DNA from: Mobula hypostoma
Taxonomy: Eukaryota
DNA: 64,000 bases
Assembly (NCBI RefSeq): GCF_963921235.1
Contig: NC_086108.1
Coordinates: 80,106,001-80,170,000 of the forward strand
Direction: 5' to 3'
The notes under the pieces are model-generated. The model did not search any database. It saw nothing but the letters and a program-made list of their open reading frames with translations, and was not told the origin of the DNA. The translations under genes were made by a program, and so were the position numbers. Positions 38,087-51,506 of the stretch are shown piece by piece; within the stretch, counting starts at the first letter, position 1, and every line of letters begins with the position of its first letter.

Positions 38087-40075
38087 ACCAATCTTATAGA
38101 GTTTTTCAAAGAAGTTGCCAGAAAAGTTGATGAAGGAAAGGCAATGGATGTTTGTCTATATGCACTTCAGCAAGGCATTCAACAAGGTTCTACATGGGAG
38201 GTTTGGGGAAGAAGTTTCAGTCGCTTGGCATTCAAGATGAGGTAGTAAATTAGAATAAACATTGGCTTCATGGAAGAAGCCAGAGAGTGGTTGTACATGT
38301 TTGTCTCTCTGACCGGAGACCCGTGACTAGTGGTGTGCTGCAGGGATCAGTGTTGGGTCTATTGCTGTTTTTCATTTATATCAATAATATGAATAATAAA
38401 GTGGTAAAACTGGATCAGCAAATTTGCAGATGACACCAAGACTAGGGATGTAATGGACAGTGAGGAAGACTATCAAAGCTTATAGCAGGATCTGGAGCAG
38501 CTGGAAAAATGGCCTGAAAAATAGCAGATGGAATTTAATACAGGCATGCGTGAGGTTTTGCACTCTGGGAAGGCCAACCAGTGTAGGTCTTACATGGTGA
38601 GTGGTAGGGCACTGAGGAGTGCATTAGGACAGAGGAATCTGGGAATACAGATCCATAATTCCTTGAAAAGTGGTATCACAGGTTGATAGGATTGTAAAGA
38701 AAGCTTTTGGCACATTGGCCTTCATAAAACAATGTACTGAGTACAGGAGTTGGGATGTGATGTTAAAATTGTATAAGACAATGCAGAGGCCTAATTTGGA
38801 TTATTTTTGTCCAGTTTTGGTCACCTATAAAAAAGATGCAAGTAAGGTTGAAAACGTGCAGAGAAAATTTACAAGAAAATTACTAGGACTTAAGGACCTG
38901 AGTTATAGGGAAAGGTTAAATAGGTTAGGGCTTTATTTTCTAGAACATAAGAGAATGAGGGGAGATTTGATAGAAGTACACAAAAATATGGGCCATAGAT
39001 AGGGTAAATGCAAGCAGGCTTTTTCCACTGAAGTTGGGTGAGACCGGAACAAAAGGTTATGGATTGAGGGTGAAAGGTGAAATGTTTAAGAGAAACATGA
39101 GGGGAAGCTTCTTCACTCAGAGAGTGGTGAGTGTGGAACAAGCTTTCAGCGGAAGTGACAGATACAGGTTCAATTTCAACATTTATGAGAAATTTGGATA
39201 GGCACATGGATGGGAGGGTATACAGGGCTACAGTATGGCTGCAGGTCGATGGGACAATGCACATTAATAGTTCAGCATGAACGCGATGGGCTGAAGGGCC
39301 TTTTTCTGTCTTGTAGTATTCTATTATTCTATGACCTTTTAAGGACAGCCAGAATGCTTAATGTGGTATTTGAAGGCAGAAGCACATCCAAGGAGAGAAG
39401 GGGAAGCTTAATTGACTAGATGGAAGGAACAAAAAATAGGGAGACAGAAGACATACTTTTCAAGTAGAATTGAAAATCCCACCCAGTATGTTGCTTAACT
39501 GACTTTAATAGATATTGTAGAACAAAGGTTTTGGGATGGATCTAGTTTTGGTTCTGGTTCTGGTGGGTGTTATGATGGCACGGCTCCAGAGATTTGTGTT
39601 CAATTCTGAGCACACATGCTCACTCTGTAGAGTGTGCATGTACTTCCTGTCCTGTCACTGCAGGGGTTTCCTCCAGCTGCTCTGATTTCTCCACACATCC
39701 CAAAGAACAGCTGGAAGGTTAATTGGTTGTTGTAAATCACTCCTCATTTGCAAAAGGATTAAAAGCTAAAGCTGATGGATATGTGACAGAAATAGGCAAC
39801 TGAGGTTGCAGAGATGAACAACAACAACAATAGGACAAAGAGGAAATAGACTAATGTGGCTATGCTATATGAAGCTGATGTGAATACAATGGGCTGAATT
39901 TTTTTGGATGGGGTGAATTTCAACTTCAAAACTGATTGTGATAAGACAACTTATCAGATTATGTTCATCTTTTATATGGATTAATGTTAGTTAACTACTT
40001 AATGTTGCTTGAATACTTAGTCAATAATGATTTGAGTTAAATATTGTGATTGAAAGTGTTTATGAAAAAAACATT

Positions 40076-40184
40076 GAATGTTCTAGATTTGACAAGAACA
40101 AGTTCACTGTTAAAGGGAGAAACTGCATGTGTTGTAGTTTCTCCCTTTAACAGTGAACTTATTCTTGTCAAATCTAGAACATTC
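40076..40184. repeat. Long inverted repeat: 52-bp arms, 5-nt loop, 2 mismatches
   Basis: 40076-40127 is the reverse complement of 40133-40184 except at two positions. Confidence 0.95.
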
Positions 40185-43100
40185 TGAACACTGGTCAGTG
40201 TTTAATCTGAATAGGAGAGGTTTAAAGAAGGGACAGTGACCAGATTGTACTCGACTTGAAAAAATGATCTGGAATAGGTGTTCCCAACCCAGGGTTCAGG
40301 GATCCTTCAGTTAATGGTAAGGCTCTATGGCATAAAAAAGATTGGAAACCCCCCATTTAGAGCTTTAGTGCATATCCAGAGAAACAAGAAACAAATAAGA
40401 TCAAAAGAAAAAAGAATATACAAGTAGCAAATGTCCAAGTGAACAGGGAAGATCCATAAAGGACGAGATTAAAATAAAGCACAGTAAGAAATCAAAATGA
40501 AAAGGACTAAGAAAGGAAGCTCACCAAAAATATCAATAAATTTACATTAGGGAATCTGAATCAGGTTTAACATCACCAGCAAATGCCATGAAATTTGATT
40601 TCTTTGCAGCAGCAGTACAAGGCAGTACATAATAATGGAGGGTTAAAAAACTGAATTACAGTATGTATATATCAATATGTGTGTTTATAACAATATCAGT
40701 AAATTAAATAAGTTCAAAACTAAAATAACAAAGTAGTGAGGTAGTGTTCATGAAAACAGGGCTGCTAACAATCAGCTGCGTGCGTTAAAAGTTCATACTA
40801 TAGATAGCATAACAGGAAATAAGGCAACTGAGAATAAATCAACTGATTAGTTTCTATCAGTACTGGAAATGGATAAAGTGAAACAACTCAGGAAAATTAA
40901 GTCATACAAGAAAATCATTGAAATGAGCATTAAGAAGCAAAAATTATGAAAAATTAATGGCAGCAATGAGTGATAAATCCCTAGGTCCAGAGGGTTTCTT
41001 ACCAAAATTTCAAAACAGGTAAGATTAATGACCTAAACCTGGTTTTTTTCCATCAGATTGGAAAATTAACACAATTTTAACATCTTAAAGAACTCTCTAT
41101 TAATCAATTCCAAGAAATAAACTGTAAACCTTGGTTTGCTTTGTTTTAAAATGGCATTAAACTTCCTGCTAGCTTCCTGTAAACAACTCCGTCATAAAGT
41201 GATGAGTAAGAATATCTGTGTATACAGATGCAGTCATTATTTATCCTATCTCAGTCACAGGCAGACTGATCAGTTCCTTACCATTCCAGCAATAGCTTAA
41301 GAGTTTATTTTGGCAGTATTGCTTATTGGAAGACTCAGCCATTTAGGTGCCAGTTTCTGATATGAGATCACAGTGACTGACCTCTGAGCAGTGGACCACC
41401 AAGGAAGTTAAATAGGCTAAAGAACTCTAATTACTTGTAGTATATGCTCCTTTGCCATCCATGTAAACAAACAGTTCCAGCAGAACACAGGACCAACACA
41501 TTGCACATACCCTATTCCTTCACACTGTGAAGTTTTATTATCTACTCATCATTTATTTTTAGGTTCTTACAGAAAAATAAAGAAAACAGAAATATCAGTT
41601 TTTGAAGTTTTTAAGAAAAAAACATCTTTTAAGATTTTTCTTTTGACTTCCTTAATCTGATTTTTTGAAAGATCTACTGACTGCACAGTTTGAAAACAGG
41701 TGATTCAGGTCAAGTCAAATAATTTGAATCTGACTAATTTCTATAATGTTGGACCATTTCTAAAAGGGACTTAAAAGTAAATTTTAAAATATTGTTTCCC
41801 CAAGAACCAATTAGGTAACTAAGTTATGAAGATGAAAGGACACTTCCAGGACAACTGCAGCTTCGTCAATTGCAGCTGTATTCAATGCTCCTGAGCTAGT
41901 ATGAAAAATGCAACATGATTCTTATTTGTGATTCCTAAGTGTTCAATAATCGCTACAGTTTTGTGTGAGTCATTAACCAAGAATGATATTAGTTCATGAT
42001 GAAGTAGCTTTGTGAATTAATTATCAATTCAACATTCAATACTTTCCCTCATATTACGAACTATTTGAATAAGTTTTTGGAGAATGCAAACCCAAGGAAC
42101 CTTATGCCAGTAAGGGTCAGTGGTTCACTATAGCAGAGGACAAAATAAGAAGTTTTAATAGCCGCAGCCTATTAGTACAAAGATTTTGAAGTGCTAAGAA
42201 CAAAAAGTGGAGTCAATTTTGAAAACTATAATATACACCCTAGAAAGGCTGCATGCAGGAATGCTATTTTTGATACCTTGGTTTTATCAGCAGTGATATT
42301 CTTACAAGAGTAAGAATACAGGTACTTCTGAAACATTGTTATTCAGTACATCAGAGTTACTGGTTACATTATAATGTAATCTTAACTTGTTCCTCTCTCT
42401 AAAGTGTTGGAAAATCTCAAAGCATATTCAAATTATATTAATAATACTTTTATTTCCTATAACCGTGGTTTCTCCAAGACTGAACTTTACAATTTTATAG
42501 CAAATGAAAATAAAACCAAGATTGTTTCATGTAAAGGTTTTCCCTTTCCTCAAGAAAATTAATTGTATTCAAAATAACAAATCTAAATTATTTCACGTAA
42601 TGTCACTCAAATCTCAACAGCTCAATTATATCTAAAAGCACTGGGAACTGTGCAGTTGGAACTCTTTGATATAATTCTGTTTAGGATTTGTCTTTGAGTC
42701 TTTTATTCCAGTGTGGAATTTCTGATGAGACCCTCAGTGGCAGCAAACATCACAATATTAAGAAATGCAAGGCCCAAAGTTTGCAGTGGTAACAATGTCT
42801 AAAGCGGTATTTGCTAACTTTACTGTGTTAATAACTTCAGAACTTCCATGGTGAAATTCCTTAGTGATTTTGAATGATAGTAATTCTGTTTCCTTTTGCA
42901 ATGTTGCCAATTTCAATACTGTGCAATATTTATAAATAAAAATGAGTTCTGAATTTAATATAACAGCATTTGTTAAGTTTTAAAGAATTAGAGTTTGTTG
43001 TGTAGATCTCTGATAATCAATGGGAAAAAGGGAAAATGGAATCAGAAGTAGAACTTTTCTGAGAATGAGAGAATAACAAATGATAACGATTAAGAGATGG

Positions 43101-44130
43101 TAAACAGTGATGGTGAGAAAGAAACAGATAGAGAATGATAGAAGGAAGGAGACAAAAATAAAGTGAGATGAAGAGGTGTTTAAGTTTGGCTAATTCAGTT
43201 TACTTTGCTAATTTTATATTAGCATTTCAATGTAAGGACTAGATATTTTTGCTTCCAATATAAGCACTTGAACTATTCTAGCATTTTAGTAAAATGGCAC
43301 AGTTGATCAAATCAGCTTACCAGTAGGAGAAATATCCAATTTATGATAATAATGACATTTTCTGAAAAGTGATAGTTTACAAAAGGGAGAGCATGCTAGA
43401 AAGAATGAGCTGTATTTGTAACCACAACATTTAATTGCAGGTTAATGTTGATCCCCAGGATGCTGAGAGAATCAGTGATGAAAATGCCCTTAAATGGTCA
43501 GGGTAAAAAGTCAGACTCTCTTTTGTTGGACATGGTTAAGATTTGGATTTTTGCATTGTAATGTATTTACCACTTATCAGCTAGAATGTCATCTAGATCT
43601 TGTTGTATGCAAGCACAGGCTACATAATTCACTGCTGAGCTGCAAATGGAATACAAGGTTGAACTCTTGAAGGTCATTATTGAAGCAAGTGAAGATGGTG
43701 AGGAATTCTCCCAATCATATCCTGGGATCATTGACTTCTGAAAATCACAAACACCTTACTTTTGTGAGCCATGATTCCAACTAGCGGAGTGTTTTTCCTT
43801 AGATGTTCATATGGTTCTTTGTTACCATAATCAGTCAAAATCTGCTTAAAGTCAACAAAAGTTATTCTAAACCCTCCTATGGAAACAATTATTTTGGCTC
43901 ACATTTGAACAAAGTCTGTGGTGAGGTCTTGAGCCATGTAGTCTGGCAAAATTCAAACTGGACATCAGTGAGCAGTTTATTGGTGAATAAGTGTCACTAC
44001 ATAGAATTGTTAACAGCACTTTCCATCACTCTAATTTAATTTAATGATAATTGAGAGGAGTTGAATGGGTACTCCTCATGCCTTGATTTGTCCTGCTTTA
44101 TCTAGTCATGTTCTAAATATGTGTGGTAAA

Positions 44131-44812
44131 TGAGAGGATGGCGGTGCGACGGCAGCGCGCGCGGGCACTTCGGTGATGAATATCTGTTATCTGTCAAGTA
44201 GGAGACTGTGCACAATTCTGATTTGATGGAGACGGACGTGAGAGCACGGAGGAACATCTGGAAAACTTCTGAAATGCCCACTTCGCTGCCGCTGCTACTG
44301 TGTGGTAACCAGAATCTCCGTAGCAGAAGGCTCCGAAATCCTTGGCTTTGCGTGTTTTAGTGGCCGGGGTGAGGTCGAAGGCGCTTGGCAGAGGATGGCG
44401 CTCGGGAGGCTGTATTGGAGAGGCCGGTCGGAAGCTCGAAGTTTTTGGACGGATGGACTCAGTGTCGGCTGTGGTCGGCTGCTTCCAAGGCATCGGCAAG
44501 TTGACGGTGCCTGGAGGTTTATGGCAGGGAGTTTCTCCCTTTTGCCACCGCTACTGGGGACTCGGGAGTCGATCAACTCGGGGACTCAGAGATTTTATTT
44601 ACCGTGCCCATGGTTTGTTCTTCATCAAATTATGGTATTGCTTTGCACTGCTGTAACTATATGTTATAATTATGTGGTTCTGTCAGTGTTAGTCTTTGGT
44701 TTGTCCTGTTTTCTGTGACATCACTCCGGAGAAACATTGTAACATTTCTTAATGCATGTATGCATTTCTAAATGACAATAAAAGACTGAGTGTTCTCATA
44801 ATCTAATCTATC
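44131..44812 (+). mobile_element. About 680-bp non-autonomous retroposon-like repeat, copy 2, inside an old LINE remnant (about 43440-45420)
   Basis: Colinear with 891-1580; ends TAATCTAATCTATCTA. Confidence 0.78.
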
Positions 44813-47800
44813 TAAAGTACCGACAGCTGAACTACAAACATGGCTAATATAGAATGCGGATATGATTGCAATGTTCTTGGTTCCACAGCCTTTGTATCCA
44901 GTGGCCCCCATTGCATAAGTGAATCAGAGATATTGGGGATCTCAGAAGGAAGACAATTCCTCTGGCTGAACATGGCTGCAAAAGCTTCAGCCTTGCTTCT
45001 AGCATTCACACATTGGGACCTATCATCAATTAGGACTGGAGTATTCCTGGAGCTCCCTCTTCACATTAGCCAACCATTGTGGCAGGTCTGAACGCAGCAG
45101 GACTGCGAGCTGGCATCTCAGTTTTAAGTAAACCTGGTGCCATTCCTGATATGGTTTTTTACAACAGTCACTGAACCAGAGCTGATCCTCTTGTTTAATC
45201 ATAACAGTCGAGTGAGGGATGAAGTTAGACTATACTGTTGTACATTTCTGCTGCTGCTGCTGATGGTCCACAGAATTTTATGGATGCCCAGTCTGTTCAA
45301 TCTGGTCTGAGTTTATCCTATTCAGATCAAATATAGTACGAGAAGGCACAATAGTATACCCTCACGACATGACAATAGGATTCAGTCTCCATGAAGGAGG
45401 TGCAGTGGTCACTTTTACCCGAGCTGCTACTGACAGCATTTAAGTTGAAGCTACTTTAATTAGTCAATTTTATAGCAGTGACAATACACAAAATGAGAAA
45501 GGTTTATTGAAATGAAATCTAAACTTATAAACCCTAAAGCTGAACAGAAACAAATAATTAAAACAACTGCATGCTAATTACAACCATATAAATTCTGTAT
45601 TTTTTCTGATCTTTTATATGAAAATAATCTGAATTGATCACAGGCCTGAGCATTAAAAAAACATGTTAGTTCAAAGCTACAACATACCTCCATGATCAAA
45701 CACAGCCACCATGGAGATTACTTTGAATACCATCAAGCAGACGTGTATGACTCTGAAAGTTGCATATTGTTTATTGATCCTCCTTCTAAACAATAATTAT
45801 GACTGTGGGTGGGCTAGGGCAAAAGATGTAATTACGATACTGAACTGCAGTATATTACAGGAAACCTCTTTGTGTAGTTTTGGCACTCACAGTGCAAAGT
45901 TCTGTTTGGATAACAAATACTAACAACATTAATCGTCTGAACAATGTGCATTGGCTTAGAAAACAATAAGGAAATATTTCTTCTAAATTATAAAATGACG
46001 CATCTGGAAAAAGATCAGGACAAATATTGCAAACACAAAGTACTTTTATATAGATAGATACAAACTGTTTACTTTCCCCTTAAAATCTAATCCAAAAATT
46101 TGAGATTCCTTTCTTTAAGTTCATTCTTGGCAGATGTAGGTGAAGCTGATTTCATTGCCCATTCCAGATTGTACTGATACGGTGGCACCAGTTTACCTCT
46201 TGAATCATTGTTGTTAGAATAGTAAAAACACTTCTACAGTTCTAATAGATCAGTGCTTCCAGAATTTTTAGTCAGTGACAATAAAGATATGGTTCTATGC
46301 AAATAAGCAACCCACATTAGAATTTTAGATCATACCTCATTTTTCCAGATACCCCATCCTACCAGAGAGTAACCTAGTGAACCATTACTGCATCATCAAT
46401 ATATTAACTAGCCCACAGTGATTCTTCCCCAACATATTTGGATTCATACATTATGCAATGGCTCCAACAGTTAAATCTATTGAAATAAATTGCACACTTT
46501 GATAAAGAGGAAAGATTCAGACCAGCAGGTATCCAGATAATTAGTCCTTAACAATTAGTTGTCAAACAAACACATTGGTCTTTTATCACAACACTATTTG
46601 TGATACCTTGTGTGTACATCACATTTCAACATTATAGAACTTCAATGTTTTATGTGTTTCATTTTATCAATAACAATCTTCGAGCACATTCATCAGGTCT
46701 TGTATCATGTGTGGCGTACAAGCAGAATTTTGTTTCTGTTTGATGACTTTAAGTGAAAATCACACTGAACAGCTTCTTTCTCTGCACTTGCTAAACAATT
46801 TTCCTAGTACATTTTTTTCCTGTTTCACAGGTACATTACTTACTGCATAGCAAGAAAGACAGACAATCATGAAGACACCGTTAATATTATTTTCCTTTTA
46901 AGTATCAAAAGGACATCTCAGTTTTTTGTTATGTCATTAGACTAAATGTGTTCATAAATGGTTGAAGCCAGGTTACACTATGTAATATTTGTTTCTCTTC
47001 ATCCAATTTAACAATTTCTTTTTTGTTATTCCTGGATAAAAATTGACATTTTTCTGACTTACCATAATTATTGATGAATACATTTGTAAAACCATATCAG
47101 AACTGAGACTGATCAAGAGATGGCCAACAATTTAAGTAAACGTGGACAAATCTAGCTTAACCATGAAATGACATATGCAACATAGAAGTAAATCATTACA
47201 TTAGAAATGCAGTGAGATAGGTTACCTTTAGCTACACTGTGGGGGAGTAGGGAGCTGACGAATAGAATAAGAAAGAAAGAAAATAATATGACAAAAATCT
47301 TATCTTCCCACAGGATGTGAATACTATTCCTTTCATTTCAGAATGACTGATTTTTGATATTTTACTTTGTGCATATACTCTGGTTTCTACAATGAAAATG
47401 TAGTCTGCATTTTATTCATCTATAAAGGAATATTTATTTGCTCAATTTCACTACAAAACAATGAAGTATTTTGCCATTTTGGAACCTCAAATATATGTTA
47501 ATATTTAAATCTCTCTGTCAGTCACCTATTATCCTCTATTATGAGACTGGTTAAAACTGGTCAAATTTCTTCAAGTAAAAACAAATTCTCCAAAAAGATG
47601 CAATTTGGCTTGCTAAAGGGCCATTCACATAATAGGACAGGAGATAAAAAAGTGAATGCTATGTGAGAAGCTTGTTTTTCCACCCCCATTAACATCGGAC
47701 AGGGCACAAATACTACACTGACAGTGCTGGTGGCCGCATTACAACAGAAGTTATTTACATGGAGCAAGATTTGTTGTTCATCTTTTAGATGGCAAGGGTA

Positions 47801-47947
47801 AGTGAAACAAAATAAATCTTGTGAGCAATTTCTTTCAACCAAAACTTTGTGAAACACTGTGTTTCTAATTGCAGACATAAACTGCAACATTTCTAAAAGC
47901 TGCATTCCAACATTCCTTCTTGTTAAGGGTAAGTTATCCTCACTTAC

Positions 47948-48096
47948 CCTTCTTCAATTGTGACATTATCCATGATCACTGAATTGGCAATTTTAACTTT
48001 CTCTTTGATTGTGCACGAGGTCCCAATAATTGACCGCTTGATAGAAGACTTCTCTGCTACTTCAGTCAAACTGCCAATCATACAGTCAGACCCAAC
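47948..48096 (-). CDS. EIF2B3: eIF2B gamma internal exon (human exon 10 equivalent, 149 nt)
   Basis: tttccttcatgcag acceptor and gtaagt donor. Encodes [49 protein letters not shown](G), versus human [50 protein letters not shown]. Confidence 0.97.
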
Positions 48097-49029
48097 CTGC
48101 ATGAAGGAAAAAACATAATATTAAAATAAAAAGTACTTCTTAATTTCAGGCATTACGAAAGAAAACACTCAATGATTCACAGCCAATAAGCAACAGGCCA
48201 ACTCAATCCCATTTGAAATGGACTTTGAAAATCCAAGCCTTAATTCACAAAATGCACAGAAGCTGTAATACCTGTAGTATAAAGATAAAGCAGGGAGAAA
48301 AAGACAATAATTAATGTTGATTTAAGTGTAGCTGTGCATGAAAGAGGGAGAGAAGGGGGAGACAGAGATAGGAGAGGGGTAAAGATGTAAAACTGAACAA
48401 ATGACGATAAACACAAAGATATTTTTCTAAACACTTGGACAACAAGGTTAGCAAAATAGTTTCTGCATTCTTGCAAAATTACTGATGCATGACTCTTTTG
48501 TAAAGTTTAAATAGTAATATTAGTATCAATAGAGCTACTGAATGATTGTCTTGGAAATTAACAAATGAAATAATGCAAAATAGCACCACATTAGTATTCA
48601 CATTCCCTTCAATTTCCCTCAAATGTTTGAAATACTATGAAATATTTAATTAAGATGATCTAAATGTACAAATGGAGGAGCTGCCTTATGGTGAAACAGG
48701 AGGACTACCATTAATCACAGCTTACTGTACTCCAGTGCATCCTCTACTGTTAAACTCTGTGTGTGGGCTGATGGGTTACTTACTTTAGTCAATGTTTGTT
48801 TTGTCCAGCTGAGCAATGCTTCTGGTGTTAAGATACACAAAGCCCACCCAGGGTTTTGAAAGGCAGCCCATCCTTTCCATCTTATGTGGGATTGATGTAA
48901 ATAGAACAAGAACTTCCTGTTGTAAGTCTGGTTCCAAGTATTTTCCTCACTTCTTTATCCACACAGTCCAACCATATAATCATACACATAAATAAAATGG
49001 GGAAAAAGTCACCTACAGAAAATGATTAG

Positions 49030-51065
49030 AAGGGAAATACTCTAGAGATTAGTCATAGAATCATATAGCACAGAAACAAGACATTTGGCTTACCATGTGC
49101 ATGCTGATTATCAAGAATTCACCTATGCTAACCCATATAGCAGCACTTAGCCTGTAGCTTTCTATGCCTTGGTGACTCAAATGCACATCTTGATAGTTGC
49201 TGAATGCAGTAGGAGTCTCTGCCCTGAGCAACACCCCAGGCAGTACGTTAGGTTCTAACCACACTCTGGGTGAAAACTTTCTACCCCAGACCTCCTGTAA
49301 ACCTCCTATTCTGTAGCTAAACATGTCCTCTCATTGTAGTAACCTCTGCTATGGGCAAATATTTCTTACTATCTATCCTATCTATATCCATCATAACTTC
49401 GTGTACGTCAGTCAAGTACCCACTCAGTCACTTAAGATCCAAGGAAACAAAATCTGGTCGATCCAATCTCTGCTCATAACTGAAACTTTCACAAGATCAC
49501 AAGACAAAGGAGCAGAAGTAGGCCATTCGGCCCATCAAGTCTGCTCCACAGCTCCCCCATGAGCTAAACTATTCACCCATCTAGTTCCAATTTCCGGCTT
49601 TTTCCCCATATCCCTTGATACTTTGACTAATTAGATACCTGTCAATCTCCTCCTTAAACACCCTCAATGATCGGGCCTCCACAGCCATATGTGGCAACGA
49701 ATTCCACAAATCCACGACCCTCTGGCTAAAAAAATTTCTCCTCATCTCTGTTTTAACTGGGTACCCTCTAATTCTAAGACTATGGCTTCTTGTCCTGGAC
49801 TCACCCACCAAGGGAAACAACCTTTCCACATCTACTCTGTCCAACCCTTTCAACATTCGAACCGTTTCAATGAGATCCCCTCTTATTTTTCTATACTCTA
49901 ATGAATACAATCCAAGAGCCGACAGATGCTCCTCATATGTTAGCCCCTGCATTCCAGGAATCATCCTCGTAAATCTTCTCTGAACTCTCTCCAACATCAG
50001 TATATCCTTTCTAAGATAGGGGGCCCAAAACTGCACACAGTATTCCAAATGAGGTCTCACTAATGCCCCATAGAGCCTCATCAACACCAACATAGCATTC
50101 GCTTTCCTTACCGCCAATCCAACTTGGTGGTTAACCTTTAGGGTATCCTGCACGAGGATCCCCAAGTCCCTTTGCACTTCCGATTTTTGAATTTTCTCCC
50201 CATCTAAATAATAATCTGCCCGATTATTTCTTCTTCTAAAATGTACAACCATACATTTGTCAACGTTGTATCTCATCTGCCATTTCTTTGCCCACTCTCC
50301 TAAACTGACTAAGTCTCTCTGCAACCTTTCCGTTTCTTCAACATTTCCTGCTCCTCCACCTATCTTGGTGTCATCCGCAAACTTGGCCACAAAATCATTT
50401 AATCCATAATCCAAATCATCGATATACATCGTAAAAAGAAGTGGCCCCAACACCGACCCCTGTGGAACACCACTAATAACCGGCAACCAATCAGAATAGG
50501 ATCCCTTTATTCCCACCCTTTGCTTTCTGCCTATCAGCCAATGCTCCACCCATTCCAATATCTTTCCTATAATTCCATGGGCTCTCATCTTGTTAAGCAG
50601 CCTCATATGCGGCACCTTATCGAAGGCCTTTTGAAAATCCAAATACACGACATCCACAGCCTCTCCCTTGTCAATCTTATTCGAGATTACCTCAAAAAAT
50701 TCCAATAAGTTTCTATCCTATGAATCTCCTTGGCACTCGTTCCAGTGAAATCACATCCACTTTCTAGTGTGAATATCAGAGCAGCACATTAGAAGTACTT
50801 CAGCAGTGGCTTAGCCAATGTTTTATAAACTTATAACATAACCTTTCTGTTTAAATACCATATTCCATGGTTAATAAAGGCAAGTATGTTATATGCTTTC
50901 TTAACCACCCTATCTACCTGTGCTGTCAACTTCAGGGATCCTTGGACCCGTACATCGAGGTCGGTCTATTCCTCAGTGCTCCCTTGGGTTCTACCATTCA
51001 TGTCCTAAGCTTTATTAGTTCTCCAAAATGCATCACCTCATACTTATTGGGATTAAGTTCCACCT
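49030..51065 (-). mobile_element. Old CR1 3' fragment split by a younger CR1
   Basis: Degenerate CR1 motifs at 49030-49490 and 50712-51065. Confidence 0.65.
49491..50711 (-). mobile_element. Young 5'-truncated CR1 with an uninterrupted 374-aa ORF2 C-terminus
   Basis: ORF 49581-50705 has YLDFQKAFDKVPH, SGVPQGSVLGP, FADDTK and RPHLEYCVQFW. Tail matches 53742-53790. Confidence 0.95.
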
Positions 51066-51428
51066 GCTATAGCACACTACATCTTCATATTGGCAAGCAT
51101 AGAAAAAAGCAAAACAATAATTGCTGGTTTGTGTATTATCGTCATCTGTATAAACTGAAGTTTCCTTAATGTATTGCCACAAATTAGGTCAGAAACCATC
51201 CTTTTGTCTTTCCATGTGTTGATTTTAATAGTTGGTTAACTGAATATAGTACTTTTTCTGTCCACTCTATTTGAATCAAACAGAGACAAGTGTAATCTTG
51301 CTACAGTAGGAACCCAACTAAACAATCAAATTCTGAATGATTTGGGAAGAATACAGTGGACTGTACTTAGGCTTGAATTAGAAATCACAAGGTTAGCTGA
51401 CACATGATTTATGCTTCTCACTACTCAC

Positions 51429-51506
51429 CATATACGTATCAGTAACTTGTGCCCAAGGGTGTATTAGGGATTCTTCTTGGGATAAAGCAGTTAAGAACTT
51501 AGGAGC
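51429..51506 (-). CDS. EIF2B3: eIF2B gamma internal exon (human exon 9 equivalent, 78 nt)
   Basis: tttttatctttcag acceptor and gtgagt donor, phase 0-0. Encodes APKFLTALSQEESLIHPWAQVTDTYM, versus human [26 protein letters not shown]. Confidence 0.9.

Larger units (their letters stand above)
35385..39330 (+). mobile_element. Decayed CR1 (ORF1 end, APE, RT, tail) with internal deletion and nested insertions
   Basis: SCIYFNAKS, RGVALLVKE, VPTRQSMIL.LLLGNE, NLIEFFKEV, KKAFGTLAFI and RMRGDLIEV. Confidence 0.85.
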
